A DNA stretch of 64,000 nt. Source: a virus. Made by a program: the position numbers and the translations under genes. The stretch lies in the IMG/VR virus record IMGVR_UViG_3300009184_000001, positions 1 to 64,000 of that record; one strand, given 5' to 3'. Position 1 is the stretch's first letter. Each line of letters starts with the position of its first letter. A model generated the notes under the pieces. The model was given only the letters and a program-made list of their open reading frames with translations, made no database searches and had not been told where the DNA came from. Shown here in pieces: positions 20,445 through 28,376 of the stretch.

Positions 20445-20641
20445 TACTGCTTCTTACCTGTATGGGATTGCGGTCTTTCGAATTTATCGTTCATGTAGCC
20501 TGAGCTAAGCATACCCATGAGTACATCGTGGCGAAGGTTTGGGTTCAATCCGTTAGCTCCTTGAGTAAACTCTTGTATCTCTTGGAATGCTAAATATTGA
20601 TTTACCTTCGTCCACCAGGGTTTAAATTCTGGAGAAGACAT
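20444..20641 (-). CDS. Hypothetical protein
   Basis: 65 aa, AAGGA RBS, coupled to the next gene. Confidence 0.65.
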   Translation of the reverse strand: MSSPEFKPWWTKVNQYLAFQEIQEFTQGANGLNPNLRHDVLMGMLSSGYMNDKFERPQSHTGKKQ

Positions 20642-20710
20642 CGCAAAATCCTTTACAGGCGCAAACTACATAAGTAGATAGGTTCCGCACGGTTCCTATA
20701 GTATAAGGAT

Positions 20711-20738
20711 AAAGAAAAACCCTGACGTTGTCAGGGTT
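20711..20738 (-). terminator. Intrinsic terminator after the basic-protein cluster
   Basis: AACCCTGAC-AAC-GTCAGGGTT followed by TTTCTTT on the minus strand. Confidence 0.75.
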
Positions 20739-20760
20739 AATCTAAATGTTTGTGTTGGGA

Positions 20761-20931
20761 TTACATCTTCTTCTTTGCTTTACAAGCGGCACACTTGCCA
20801 CAAGAACAGTTTTTAGCAGAAGTTTTCTTACCCTTAGCGGCGGTAATAATATCGCCTCTAGTAATCTTTTTCTTATCTCCTGACATAGCAGCAAGGTTCA
20901 TCTGCTTTGGGGTCATTTTCTTATCAGCCAT
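20761..20931 (-). CDS. Small Lys-rich protein with CxCxxCxxC
   Basis: Hand translation: MADKKMTPKQ...KNCSCGKCAACKAKKKM (56 aa). Confidence 0.75.
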   Translation of the reverse strand: MADKKMTPKQMNLAAMSGDKKKITRGDIITAAKGKKTSAKNCSCGKCAACKAKKKM

Positions 20932-20933
20932 TG

Positions 20934-21149
20934 TTACTTCTTCTTTCCTTTAATACGGGCTGCTAGAGCCTTATCCTTTTTGATATCTTCCTTCTTGGAA
21001 GGCTTCTTAGCATCCATCTTTTTATCGGCTGCTTCAAACTTCTTCTTCTGAGCTGGAGTCATGCCCTTTTCGAGCTTCTTGTCCTGCTTTTCATCAGCCT
21101 TTGAGCCAATCCATGGTGGCATCTTTTTGCCAGATTTCTTCTTTTCCAT
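20934..21149 (-). CDS. Small Lys-rich protein
   Basis: 71 aa, very Lys-rich, tightly packed with its neighbours. Confidence 0.8.
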   Translation of the reverse strand: MEKKKSGKKMPPWIGSKADEKQDKKLEKGMTPAQKKKFEAADKKMDAKKPSKKEDIKKDKALAARIKGKKK

Positions 21150-21277
21150 TATTTCTTTCCTTTTGCTTTAGTCATTGAATGCTTCGTACGAGTTGTTAGG
21201 GTTTGTTTACGTTTCATAGCAGGATTTTTTGCAGTCTTGCACGCTGGGCAGACTCCACATGAACATGATTTAGCCAT
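21149..21277 (-). CDS. Small basic protein with CxCxxCxxC
   Basis: Hand translation: MAKSCSCGVCPACKTAKNPAMKRKQ...KGKK (42 aa). Confidence 0.7.
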   Translation of the reverse strand: MAKSCSCGVCPACKTAKNPAMKRKQTLTTRTKHSMTKAKGKK

Positions 21278-21428
21278 TTCTAACCCCATAGTTTGAAGGC
21301 ACGTTCTTAGCTTTCATAGGCTTATTAGTAGGTACTTTACCTTTGCTGTGCTCTTTAACAGCCTTTGGACCTTTTCCAATTTGCTTAGGTTTTTTACTTT
21401 CAACCTTTTTGACTGGTATCTTAGCCAT
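21270..21428 (-). CDS. Small Lys-rich protein
   Basis: Hand translation: MAKIPVKKVESKKPKQIGKGPK...GVRNG (52 aa); overlaps both neighbours. Confidence 0.7.
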   Translation of the reverse strand: MAKIPVKKVESKKPKQIGKGPKAVKEHSKGKVPTNKPMKAKNVPSNYGVRNG

Positions 21429-21736
21429 TACTTCTTCTTCTTTCCTTCATTAGCTTTACGGATAGAAGCAGCCTTCTTCCGTGCGTCAGCCTTAGATGAT
21501 GCTCCCCAGGCCTGTAAGGACAGTAGGAGGCGTGTAGGCTCTCCGTTGGGTTTGTGCTCAGGTCCAGGATTACCCGCCATACGGGCCAGGAAAGAGGCTC
21601 TACGAGGGTTGTTTCCAGCCTTCACTGGAGCTTTAAGATTATGTCCACCTGCCTTTGCAGATGCTCGTCCCTTGGCGTTTAGTCCACCTTTAGGGTTCTT
21701 GCCTTCTTTACGTGTCCATGCTGGAGTTTTAGCCAC
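21428..21736 (-). CDS. Conserved basic phage protein (DUF6321-like)
   Basis: AWTRKEGKNPKGGLNAKGRAS...RRASFLARM...RLLLSLQAWG, recognised from memory. Confidence 0.75.
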   Translation of the reverse strand: MAKTPAWTRKEGKNPKGGLNAKGRASAKAGGHNLKAPVKAGNNPRRASFLARMAGNPGPEHKPNGEPTRLLLSLQAWGASSKADARKKAASIRKANEGKKKK

Positions 21737-21947
21737 GGGTTACCTTCTTTGCTGTAGTCTTTGTAGTTCTAGGAGCTAGTCTTTCCTCAAGTTTTGCCTT
21801 TTCAACTTCATGCTTAGCCGCTAAGGCTGCTCTTGAAAGGTCAGGAATCTTGCTCTTATTTGCTTGTGCCATTTGTAAATACCCTGTCTTACCTGAAACA
21901 ATATCTGGGTGAATTGGTGCTGGTTCTATTTTAGTAGAATTTGCCAT
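21729..21947 (-). CDS. Hypothetical basic protein
   Basis: 72 aa, coupled on both sides. Confidence 0.7.
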   Translation of the reverse strand: MANSTKIEPAPIHPDIVSGKTGYLQMAQANKSKIPDLSRAALAAKHEVEKAKLEERLAPRTTKTTAKKVTRG

Positions 21948-22231
21948 TATTTACCCGCTCTACGTTTGTTTTCTTTAGCTACATTTTTCTTGTGGCTCAT
22001 AGCTTTTAGGTTAGACATGCGGTCATCGCCCTTGCGACCTTTGTTATTTTTATGGTCAACATCTGTGTCTTTACTAAGTTTACCATGCTTTTCTTCGTAA
22101 TCTGCACGAGCCTTATTCTTGCTTGTGGTGTGCCATTTACCGTCTTTGCCTTTAGTCTTGTAAACGTAAATAGGGCGGCCACCATTAGCCGCTGAGCCTT
22201 TGTATGGACCAAATCTCTTAGTCTCTGCCAT
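21947..22231 (-). CDS. Small HNH-like basic protein
   Basis: DVDHKNN...DDRMSNLKAMSHKKN. Confidence 0.75.
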   Translation of the reverse strand: MAETKRFGPYKGSAANGGRPIYVYKTKGKDGKWHTTSKNKARADYEEKHGKLSKDTDVDHKNNKGRKGDDRMSNLKAMSHKKNVAKENKRRAGK

Positions 22232-22467
22232 TATCTATACCTTGCTGCTTTTTCCGCAACCTTCTTAGGCTGAGCAACAAACTGCTTACCTTTTTTGTTG
22301 CCTTTAGCTTTGGCCCTGTTAGTAGCTTTTTTCTCAGCAGGAGTCAGGCTTTCCCACGCTTTCTTAGGAAGGTAGCGTTTTTTACCCTTAGACGGCTTAC
22401 CATCTGAGGTTCCCCATTCTTCCTTAGTCCACTTATCTAGGGACTGCTGGGACTTTGATTTAGCCAT
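22231..22467 (-). CDS. Basic protein, C-terminal half of a DUF5872-like family
   Basis: Start moved to ATG 22467; QQSLDKWTKEEWGTSDGKPSKGKKRYLPKKAW. Confidence 0.75.
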   Translation of the reverse strand: MAKSKSQQSLDKWTKEEWGTSDGKPSKGKKRYLPKKAWESLTPAEKKATNRAKAKGNKKGKQFVAQPKKVAEKAARYR

Positions 22468-22771
22468 TACGTTTATCCAAAATGTTATCTTTAACTCCCT
22501 TAATAACACCGGGGATTAAGCCTTTATAATAAGACATAAACATCTGTCCTGTAGTAGCTCCAGCTGTCTTTGCAAACTGAGTGGCGTTAAGAAGGGCCGC
22601 ATGTCTTGGCTTAAGGCCTTCGATTTCTTTATCAACAATCATCTGACGAAGAACAGACGGTTGACTGCTGTCTTTTGCTACTGTATTAATTCTTTTATTA
22701 GCACGGACAGTTTCATACCCAAGTGCCTTGGCAGCGCCTTTTACAGCATTTTGTGGTTTTGATTTAGCCAT
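22460..22771 (-). CDS. Hypothetical protein inserted between DUF5872-like halves
   Basis: 103 aa, flanked by a 16-bp direct repeat. Confidence 0.7.
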   Translation of the reverse strand: MAKSKPQNAVKGAAKALGYETVRANKRINTVAKDSSQPSVLRQMIVDKEIEGLKPRHAALLNATQFAKTAGATTGQMFMSYYKGLIPGVIKGVKDNILDKRNG

Positions 22772-22962
22772 TAGTTCTTGTAGCCTCCGCCAGCTTTCTT
22801 GTATTCAGCCGCTAGAAGTTGAGCCTTACGGGCAGACCACTCACCTGGGTCTCCGCCCTTAGAGCCAGCTTTAATTCTGTTAAATATTGTTTTACGCAAT
22901 CCAGGCTTAGTGTAGTTGCCAGCTTCATTTACTTTAGATTTAGTTTTTTTCTTTTCAGCCAT
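22771..22962 (-). CDS. Basic protein, N-terminal half of a DUF5872-like family
   Basis: NYTKPGLRK...AGSKGGDPGEWSARKAQLLAAEYKKAGGGY. Confidence 0.8.
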   Translation of the reverse strand: MAEKKKTKSKVNEAGNYTKPGLRKTIFNRIKAGSKGGDPGEWSARKAQLLAAEYKKAGGGYKN

Positions 22963-23177
22963 TACTTAACCTCCGGGTGTTCTTTGTGAAATTTCTTAGT
23001 GGCTTTTACGCCTTGTTTAACAGTTCTAGAGCCAGCAAGCTTAGTAAGATTCATACGTTGTTTTTTACCAGTTTTACTGTTTTGTTCGACAATAATGTCT
23101 CCCTTTTTACCAGCACCACGGTCTTCTTTTTTCTTAGTGACTTTGTGCTTTTTACCGCCAGCAATTACTTTAGTCAT
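22962..23177 (-). CDS. Small Lys-rich protein
   Basis: 71 aa, coupled on both sides. Confidence 0.75.
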   Translation of the reverse strand: MTKVIAGGKKHKVTKKKEDRGAGKKGDIIVEQNSKTGKKQRMNLTKLAGSRTVKQGVKATKKFHKEHPEVK

Positions 23178-23295
23178 TATTTTTTACCTTCCCTGGAAGT
23201 TTCTTTCCTTTAGGTGTTGCAGCTTCAAATTCCTTAGCCATCTTAGGTTTATTGGCGTACATCCATGCACGTTGGGCTTGAGATAGAAAAGGCAT
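23170..23295 (-). CDS. Small basic protein (MPFxSxAQR type)
   Basis: Start moved to ATG 23295: MPFLSQAQRAWMYANKPKMAKEFEAATPKGKKLP. Confidence 0.75.
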   Translation of the reverse strand: MPFLSQAQRAWMYANKPKMAKEFEAATPKGKKLPGKVKNND

Positions 23296-23296
23296 A

Positions 23297-23422
23297 CTAC
23301 CAGCTGCTAAGAGCAGTACGCTTCCAAGTATTGGTTGCAACACAAACGTATAGAAACCCAGATACACCTGCTCGAACTAGGCGTGGGTCTTTTTTACTTG
23401 CTGCTTTTTTCTTTTCAGTCAT
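23297..23422 (-). CDS. 41-aa apparent chimeric/deletion-remnant ORF
   Basis: MTEKKKAASKKDPRLVRAGVSGF-LYVCVATNTWKRTALSSW; fills the gap exactly. Confidence 0.6.
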   Translation of the reverse strand: MTEKKKAASKKDPRLVRAGVSGFLYVCVATNTWKRTALSSW

Positions 23423-24435
23423 TATGCGTTTCCTAACGTAGTTACTGTTCCTGATGAGCCTCGGTACTTGAGAGCACCAGCCTCAACGAAAAGGATTCCT
23501 CCACCTGTTAAGTTAGCAGAAGGTGCTGTTCCATTTTGCATAAGAAGTCTATCTGCGTTTACATATTGGAAGTAGTCAACAGACCCTGTAGAACCACCAG
23601 TTCCTGATAGTGCTACTAGAGTTGAGTTTGGCTTATCGAACACGCAGTTAAATATTGAGTAAAAACCATTTAGTACAACTGGGGCAACAGTAGTTAATGT
23701 TGAAGCCAAAAATTGAGAGTTGGCTAAGGTAATAACGCTTGAAGCAGCCGATGTAACGGCGTTGGTCACTGCGGCACTTACAACAGAATCTACAATACTC
23801 AGTGCTCCTGCAGTTAGAACAGGGGCAACGGTGACAGCACTTTTTACAATCACATTTGCACTAGCGTTATTGACGGTTATGAAGTTTGGATTACCACCAA
23901 AGATAGCGACTAAACCAGACCCAGTGATGCTTGCGGCAGCAAAGTCACATAGGCGAGCAACAACGTAAGCAGCATTGCTGGTTTTTGTAAAAGTTCCAGA
24001 GACCTCGCAGTTTAGGATGTTAACGTTTCCCGTACCAGTCGGCGTATTCACAGTTAAGTTTGTCATTTTTATGCCAGAAATAGTGCACCCAGTATTTGTG
24101 CTCAAAGTTCCATAAAGTACAATGTTTCCACCAATAAGACCAGGTCCAGTTATGGTTGTGAACTGAGTAGTTATTGATGGGTTTTCAGTGTAACCTCCTG
24201 GGTGAACAATAATTGTTTTACGGCTTGAAGTAACTAAAGTCAACGCTTTAGTAATAGAAGCGACTGGGGTTAGTAGGTCACCATTACCAGTGGTGTCATT
24301 TCCGTCTACTTGGCTAACATGGATTTCGGCGTCGTAGCCAGAAAAAGGGTTAGCACGAGCGTCTAGATAGTCTAAAGCGGTGTTTAGGGTTTCTCCCCAA
24401 GAGGTTTGCCCAATAGTAGGTTTAACTAGTGCCAT
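23422..24435 (-). CDS. Virion fibre/decoration protein with pectin-lyase-like beta-helix
   Basis: PTIGQTSWGETLN N-terminus; IHVS..GNDTTGNG...P.ASITKAL..IIVHPGGYTE; C-terminal GALKYRGSSGTVT. Confidence 0.7.
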   Translation of the reverse strand: MALVKPTIGQTSWGETLNTALDYLDARANPFSGYDAEIHVSQVDGNDTTGNGDLLTPVASITKALTLVTSSRKTIIVHPGGYTENPSITTQFTTITGPGLIGGNIVLYGTLSTNTGCTISGIKMTNLTVNTPTGTGNVNILNCEVSGTFTKTSNAAYVVARLCDFAAASITGSGLVAIFGGNPNFITVNNASANVIVKSAVTVAPVLTAGALSIVDSVVSAAVTNAVTSAASSVITLANSQFLASTLTTVAPVVLNGFYSIFNCVFDKPNSTLVALSGTGGSTGSVDYFQYVNADRLLMQNGTAPSANLTGGGILFVEAGALKYRGSSGTVTTLGNA

Positions 24436-24437
24436 CT

Positions 24438-25040
24438 TTACTTTCCGTAATTGTCAGAGCCATAGGTGGATACCCCATAGCCGTAGGTTCTAAAGTCAGG
24501 TACAGACACCGAAGCGTATGTCTGGAACTGTGGGTCATTAACAAGTTCATCTGGGTTTAACTGGTTGCAGTCAACTGTAAGAACTGCATAGTTGTATCCA
24601 AAAGAACCTCGAGGGAGTACTCGTGTAGGAACAAACACTTCTCCTCTAAATATAATTCTATCTTTAATATGTCCATTTGAATCGGTAATTAAAGAAGGTA
24701 GAAGACGCTGAGCATCACCGATGTTAATAACTAGGCGAAGAGTATCTGTAACATAGAAGCCTCGTTGGTTCATAATATTAGTACCACGAACAAACTGTGC
24801 CATAACTGCAGGCATTTTAAATGGAAGCATCCATCGTTTACCTTTACCAGGAGTAGATGAAGACACATCGTAAATAGGGTCTACAATGTCAGTGTAGTTG
24901 TCATCAAGATAGTAATCTTGCCATCTAAACCAGTCAACCTCAACACCAACAGTGCCACCAAGGTCTTCGGCAATGCCTTCATACATAGACTTACTTTCGT
25001 AGTCTAAGTTAAATCTTCCTTGGAGTTTAGCACCTCTCAT
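24438..25040 (-). CDS. Putative head-closure / neck protein
   Basis: Start moved to ATG 25040 (MRGAKLQGRF); QRGFYVTDTL and ELVNDPQF; function inferred. Confidence 0.55.
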   Translation of the reverse strand: MRGAKLQGRFNLDYESKSMYEGIAEDLGGTVGVEVDWFRWQDYYLDDNYTDIVDPIYDVSSSTPGKGKRWMLPFKMPAVMAQFVRGTNIMNQRGFYVTDTLRLVINIGDAQRLLPSLITDSNGHIKDRIIFRGEVFVPTRVLPRGSFGYNYAVLTVDCNQLNPDELVNDPQFQTYASVSVPDFRTYGYGVSTYGSDNYGK

Positions 25041-26158
25041 TAGGCCCACGCACCAATGCCAGTTACAGTTGAAGAACCAACTGGAGTTACTTTTATCCAA
25101 GAAGCCTGAAGAATTGACCAAGAAGTGGCGTTTACAGTGCTTAATTTAATTTGTGGGGTAAATGTTACAGCAGAACTTGTAACTATTAATGCTTTTACAG
25201 TGATAATAGCTGTCTGGCTTGTTGCTGATGTAGAAGTAACTGCGTTAGAGCTTCCTGATGTAAACACAGTGTTGCTGGTAGTTCCTCCGCTAGAACCAAT
25301 AGCACCAGAAGTAAACCCTGACATTGTTGCCCCTGTAGAAGTAATGCTTATTTGATTAGCCGCTGTGTTATTAGAAGCAAGATAAGCCGTGACATTCATT
25401 TCAACTTCATAAGTAGTACTAGCCGCTAAAGGAAGCCCCTTACCAAATATAGATTGTGCGGTGGTGTTTACAGTTAATGAATATGGGCTAGCGTTTCCTA
25501 CTAGAGTGTAAAAGTGGACCGCAGGTAAAATTCCTCTTCCACTTGTAGCGCTTACATCTGGAGTAAATAGTGCAGTAGTACCAATATAGTCAACAGAACC
25601 TCCAACAGCTGGGCTTAAAGCCGGTCCTTGGTTAAAAGTCAAAGGTGCAATAGAACTCGTTCCAGCAGTAAGTTTTACTCCAGATAATGTTGGTCCAGTA
25701 CTAAATACAAGAACACCAGTTGAGTTAAATCCAGTTTCATCTGAAATAACACCAGCAAGTTCTGAAGAGGTAGTAGCTGCATGAACGCTTAGCTTATCCG
25801 TTGTAACTACAAGAGTTTTGCTTGTAGGAATAGTAGTTCCATTAATAGTTCCAGTAGTCATATTACCTAGAGTATTACTGACTAGGACTCCGTATAGACC
25901 AGCTTCAATATTCTTAAGACGGGCACCCAAACCATCATTAGAGTACCAGTTACTGATAGAGGTGCTAAAAGTACCGTTACCCCAGTCACTCTTAACTACA
26001 CCTACATTAGCAACGCCATTAGAAGTGGTTGTAATTCCACCTAATTGGCGTTCTATTTCGGTAATCTCTGTGTATGCTGTGTTAATATCGTCAGCAATAA
26101 CTTTGTCTATGTTATTTCGTTTAAATGTAAACGACTTAATACTTGATGGATAACCCAT
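25040..26158 (-). CDS. Virion fibre protein
   Basis: YPSSIKSF...ADDIN...EIERQLG N-terminus; TTSSELAGVISDETG; Ser/Thr-rich. Confidence 0.7.
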   Translation of the reverse strand: MGYPSSIKSFTFKRNNIDKVIADDINTAYTEITEIERQLGGITTTSNGVANVGVVKSDWGNGTFSTSISNWYSNDGLGARLKNIEAGLYGVLVSNTLGNMTTGTINGTTIPTSKTLVVTTDKLSVHAATTSSELAGVISDETGFNSTGVLVFSTGPTLSGVKLTAGTSSIAPLTFNQGPALSPAVGGSVDYIGTTALFTPDVSATSGRGILPAVHFYTLVGNASPYSLTVNTTAQSIFGKGLPLAASTTYEVEMNVTAYLASNNTAANQISITSTGATMSGFTSGAIGSSGGTTSNTVFTSGSSNAVTSTSATSQTAIITVKALIVTSSAVTFTPQIKLSTVNATSWSILQASWIKVTPVGSSTVTGIGAWA

Positions 26159-26256
26159 TATAATCTCCTAAAGTCTTCTCTTCAATTGTAGGGCTTTACT
26201 TACTTAGATAGAGCCTGAACTAAGTTAAATCCTATCCGCTAATCATCCGTGCAGGG

Positions 26257-26742
26257 TTACGGTGTTGCTGTCGCACCTAGAACTACTGAAACATCATCAA
26301 TATTGAACTGACCGATAAAGATGTCTGTTGGATAAATTGCGACTACTATCTGTGTTGAAGTTGCTAAAACATTCTCAAATTTAAAATACTGCCAATCAGT
26401 AGATGTACCTAAAAGACTTGTTGTCGTTGAACTGCCTAAAAAGTCAATTTGATATGTTCTTGGTAAATCTGCATTTCTTAGCCAAAAGGATAAAGAATAC
26501 CTTTGTCCAATAGTCAAACTTGTATCTTGAAAATAGTACGCATATGGGCTGTTTTCTCCATCAAAAGAAGTATTTAAACTTGCGGGGCTTGACCTAAAAA
26601 CACTTGTATCTCTAACAGGATTAGTTGAATTTATCCAACCATTAAGGTTTACAGAAAAACTTGGATTAGTAACAAGGTTTGTCGGGGCAGGTGTAGACCC
26701 AGCCTTCACACTGCCAATCAATCCTGCGACAACGCCACTCAT
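26257..26742 (-). CDS. Carbohydrate-binding (CBM4-like) fibre partner protein
   Basis: MSGVVAGLIGS leader; NLVTNPSF..NGW, YSLSFW, IDDVSV. Confidence 0.7.
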   Translation of the reverse strand: MSGVVAGLIGSVKAGSTPAPTNLVTNPSFSVNLNGWINSTNPVRDTSVFRSSPASLNTSFDGENSPYAYYFQDTSLTIGQRYSLSFWLRNADLPRTYQIDFLGSSTTTSLLGTSTDWQYFKFENVLATSTQIVVAIYPTDIFIGQFNIDDVSVVLGATATP

Positions 26743-28367
26743 TAAGTTAATCCATTTCCGCTAATTATCCAGGACGTTGAAGTAATCTTTACAGCAGTAG
26801 CCATACCAAAAGGTGCAAGAGTTCTCGAACCTGTAGTTCCTGGTCCTGCTAAATACATTGTATCAGATGTAATAGCAATAGTCATTGTTGCACCAGAACC
26901 AGCAATAAATGTAAGTGTTGTACCAATTGGTAGAGCAAGGTTAACGTTTGAGTCAATAGTAACTGTACGGGTAGCAGAAGCATAGATATGCTTACCTGCA
27001 TCAGCAGCAACAATTGTATATGCACTAGTAGTTGTAGCATTTTGTGGAAGTCCCATATAACCAAGGCCAGTGGCTGCTGATGTAGTTGTTCCAGGCGGAG
27101 TAGTTCCATCTGAGTTTACTATAGATGCGGCTGACCCAGTCGGTCCACGATACTTTAAAATACCTGCATCAACGTGAAGAACTCCACCACCAACAGTATT
27201 GTTTGGTTGTGTTGCTACGCTTTGCATAACTAAATGCCCCATAGTGGCGTTTGGGAGGATTGTAGTTGTCGGAGTTGAACCTAAAGTCCAAGCATTTGAA
27301 CATCGCCAAATACCTGTGCCAACCATAATTCCGCTAGGGTCTACATATAGTAAACTTGTTCCAGTACTAGTTTGCCACTGTTGGAGGTAATTTCCTCCAG
27401 AACCAAAAGATGACGAGTTACGAATTATAAGGCCAGTAGTTAAGTTGGAGCTTGCAGTAATACTTAATTGGGCGTGCAAAGAAATAGAAGGCGTACCTGC
27501 TGCTGTTCCTGAAGCGGCTGAGGCGTAAGATATGCTGTATGGAAGAGAATTGCTAACTGCCGTTACTGGAACAAAAACACCGGTACCAGTGTTATAGGTA
27601 GTTACTCCTGTAAAACCGTTAACAGAAACTAAATCACCGACAGCCATATTTGAGCTATTTACTAAATTTATTGTCGCTGTTCCGGCAGTTCCTGATGGGC
27701 TAATTACATAGTTTCCACCGCTACCAGATGCGCTTGCAAATGTATTTGCACCTGTTGCAGTTGCCGTAAATGAATACTGCGAACCTGCTACAACTTGTAG
27801 AGGGTTTGTAACAGTTACAGCACCATTATAAGTTCCGCCTGTAATGCTTGCTAATGTAACTGTTTGACCAGCAGCAAATGGCTGAACAGAGTTAGAGACA
27901 GTAATTGTTGCTGTTGTTGAGGATAGTTGAACAGCCGTTAAAACTACACCAACTGTTAGGTTAGTCGATGATGTAGTCAAAGGTGCGGTTGAGCCGCTAT
28001 ATATTTTACCTGTAGCGTTACGACCACCCAGAATAGTCGAAGAAGAGTTCTGGTATTGTACAAGGTCAGCAGTTTGGTTAGCAAATCCACCAATGACAGC
28101 GGATATATTTCCCACTTTTGTAGAGGCAACTTGAAATTGATTGGCATTAGTGATAGCAACATTGCCTACTGCAAGGTTACCTGCAGTGGAGATTGAACCA
28201 TTTTGAGAAATACGGGCGACGTTGGAGTTATTGACTTTAAACTCTATAATATTTGAAGTTGAACTTGTAGGAACATTTAATGTCAAAGGGATTATGCTTG
28301 TAGATTCAGCACTTATTGTGTTTCCACCAACAGTAAACGCGTATGAAGTTAATATAGTTTTTGCCAT
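26742..28367 (-). CDS. Tail/virion fibre protein
   Basis: 541 aa, Thr/Ser/Gly-rich; QTADLVQYQ repeat; ends AVKITSTSWIISGNGLT. Confidence 0.75.
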   Translation of the reverse strand: MAKTILTSYAFTVGGNTISAESTSIIPLTLNVPTSSTSNIIEFKVNNSNVARISQNGSISTAGNLAVGNVAITNANQFQVASTKVGNISAVIGGFANQTADLVQYQNSSSTILGGRNATGKIYSGSTAPLTTSSTNLTVGVVLTAVQLSSTTATITVSNSVQPFAAGQTVTLASITGGTYNGAVTVTNPLQVVAGSQYSFTATATGANTFASASGSGGNYVISPSGTAGTATINLVNSSNMAVGDLVSVNGFTGVTTYNTGTGVFVPVTAVSNSLPYSISYASAASGTAAGTPSISLHAQLSITASSNLTTGLIIRNSSSFGSGGNYLQQWQTSTGTSLLYVDPSGIMVGTGIWRCSNAWTLGSTPTTTILPNATMGHLVMQSVATQPNNTVGGGVLHVDAGILKYRGPTGSAASIVNSDGTTPPGTTTSAATGLGYMGLPQNATTTSAYTIVAADAGKHIYASATRTVTIDSNVNLALPIGTTLTFIAGSGATMTIAITSDTMYLAGPGTTGSRTLAPFGMATAVKITSTSWIISGNGLT

Positions 28368-28376
28368 GAGTTAATC

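Noticed and set aside
23337-23348. Partial CAACACAAAC match
   Set aside because: It lacks the leading CC and final A, lies in coding sequence and is in the opposite orientation, so it was not counted.
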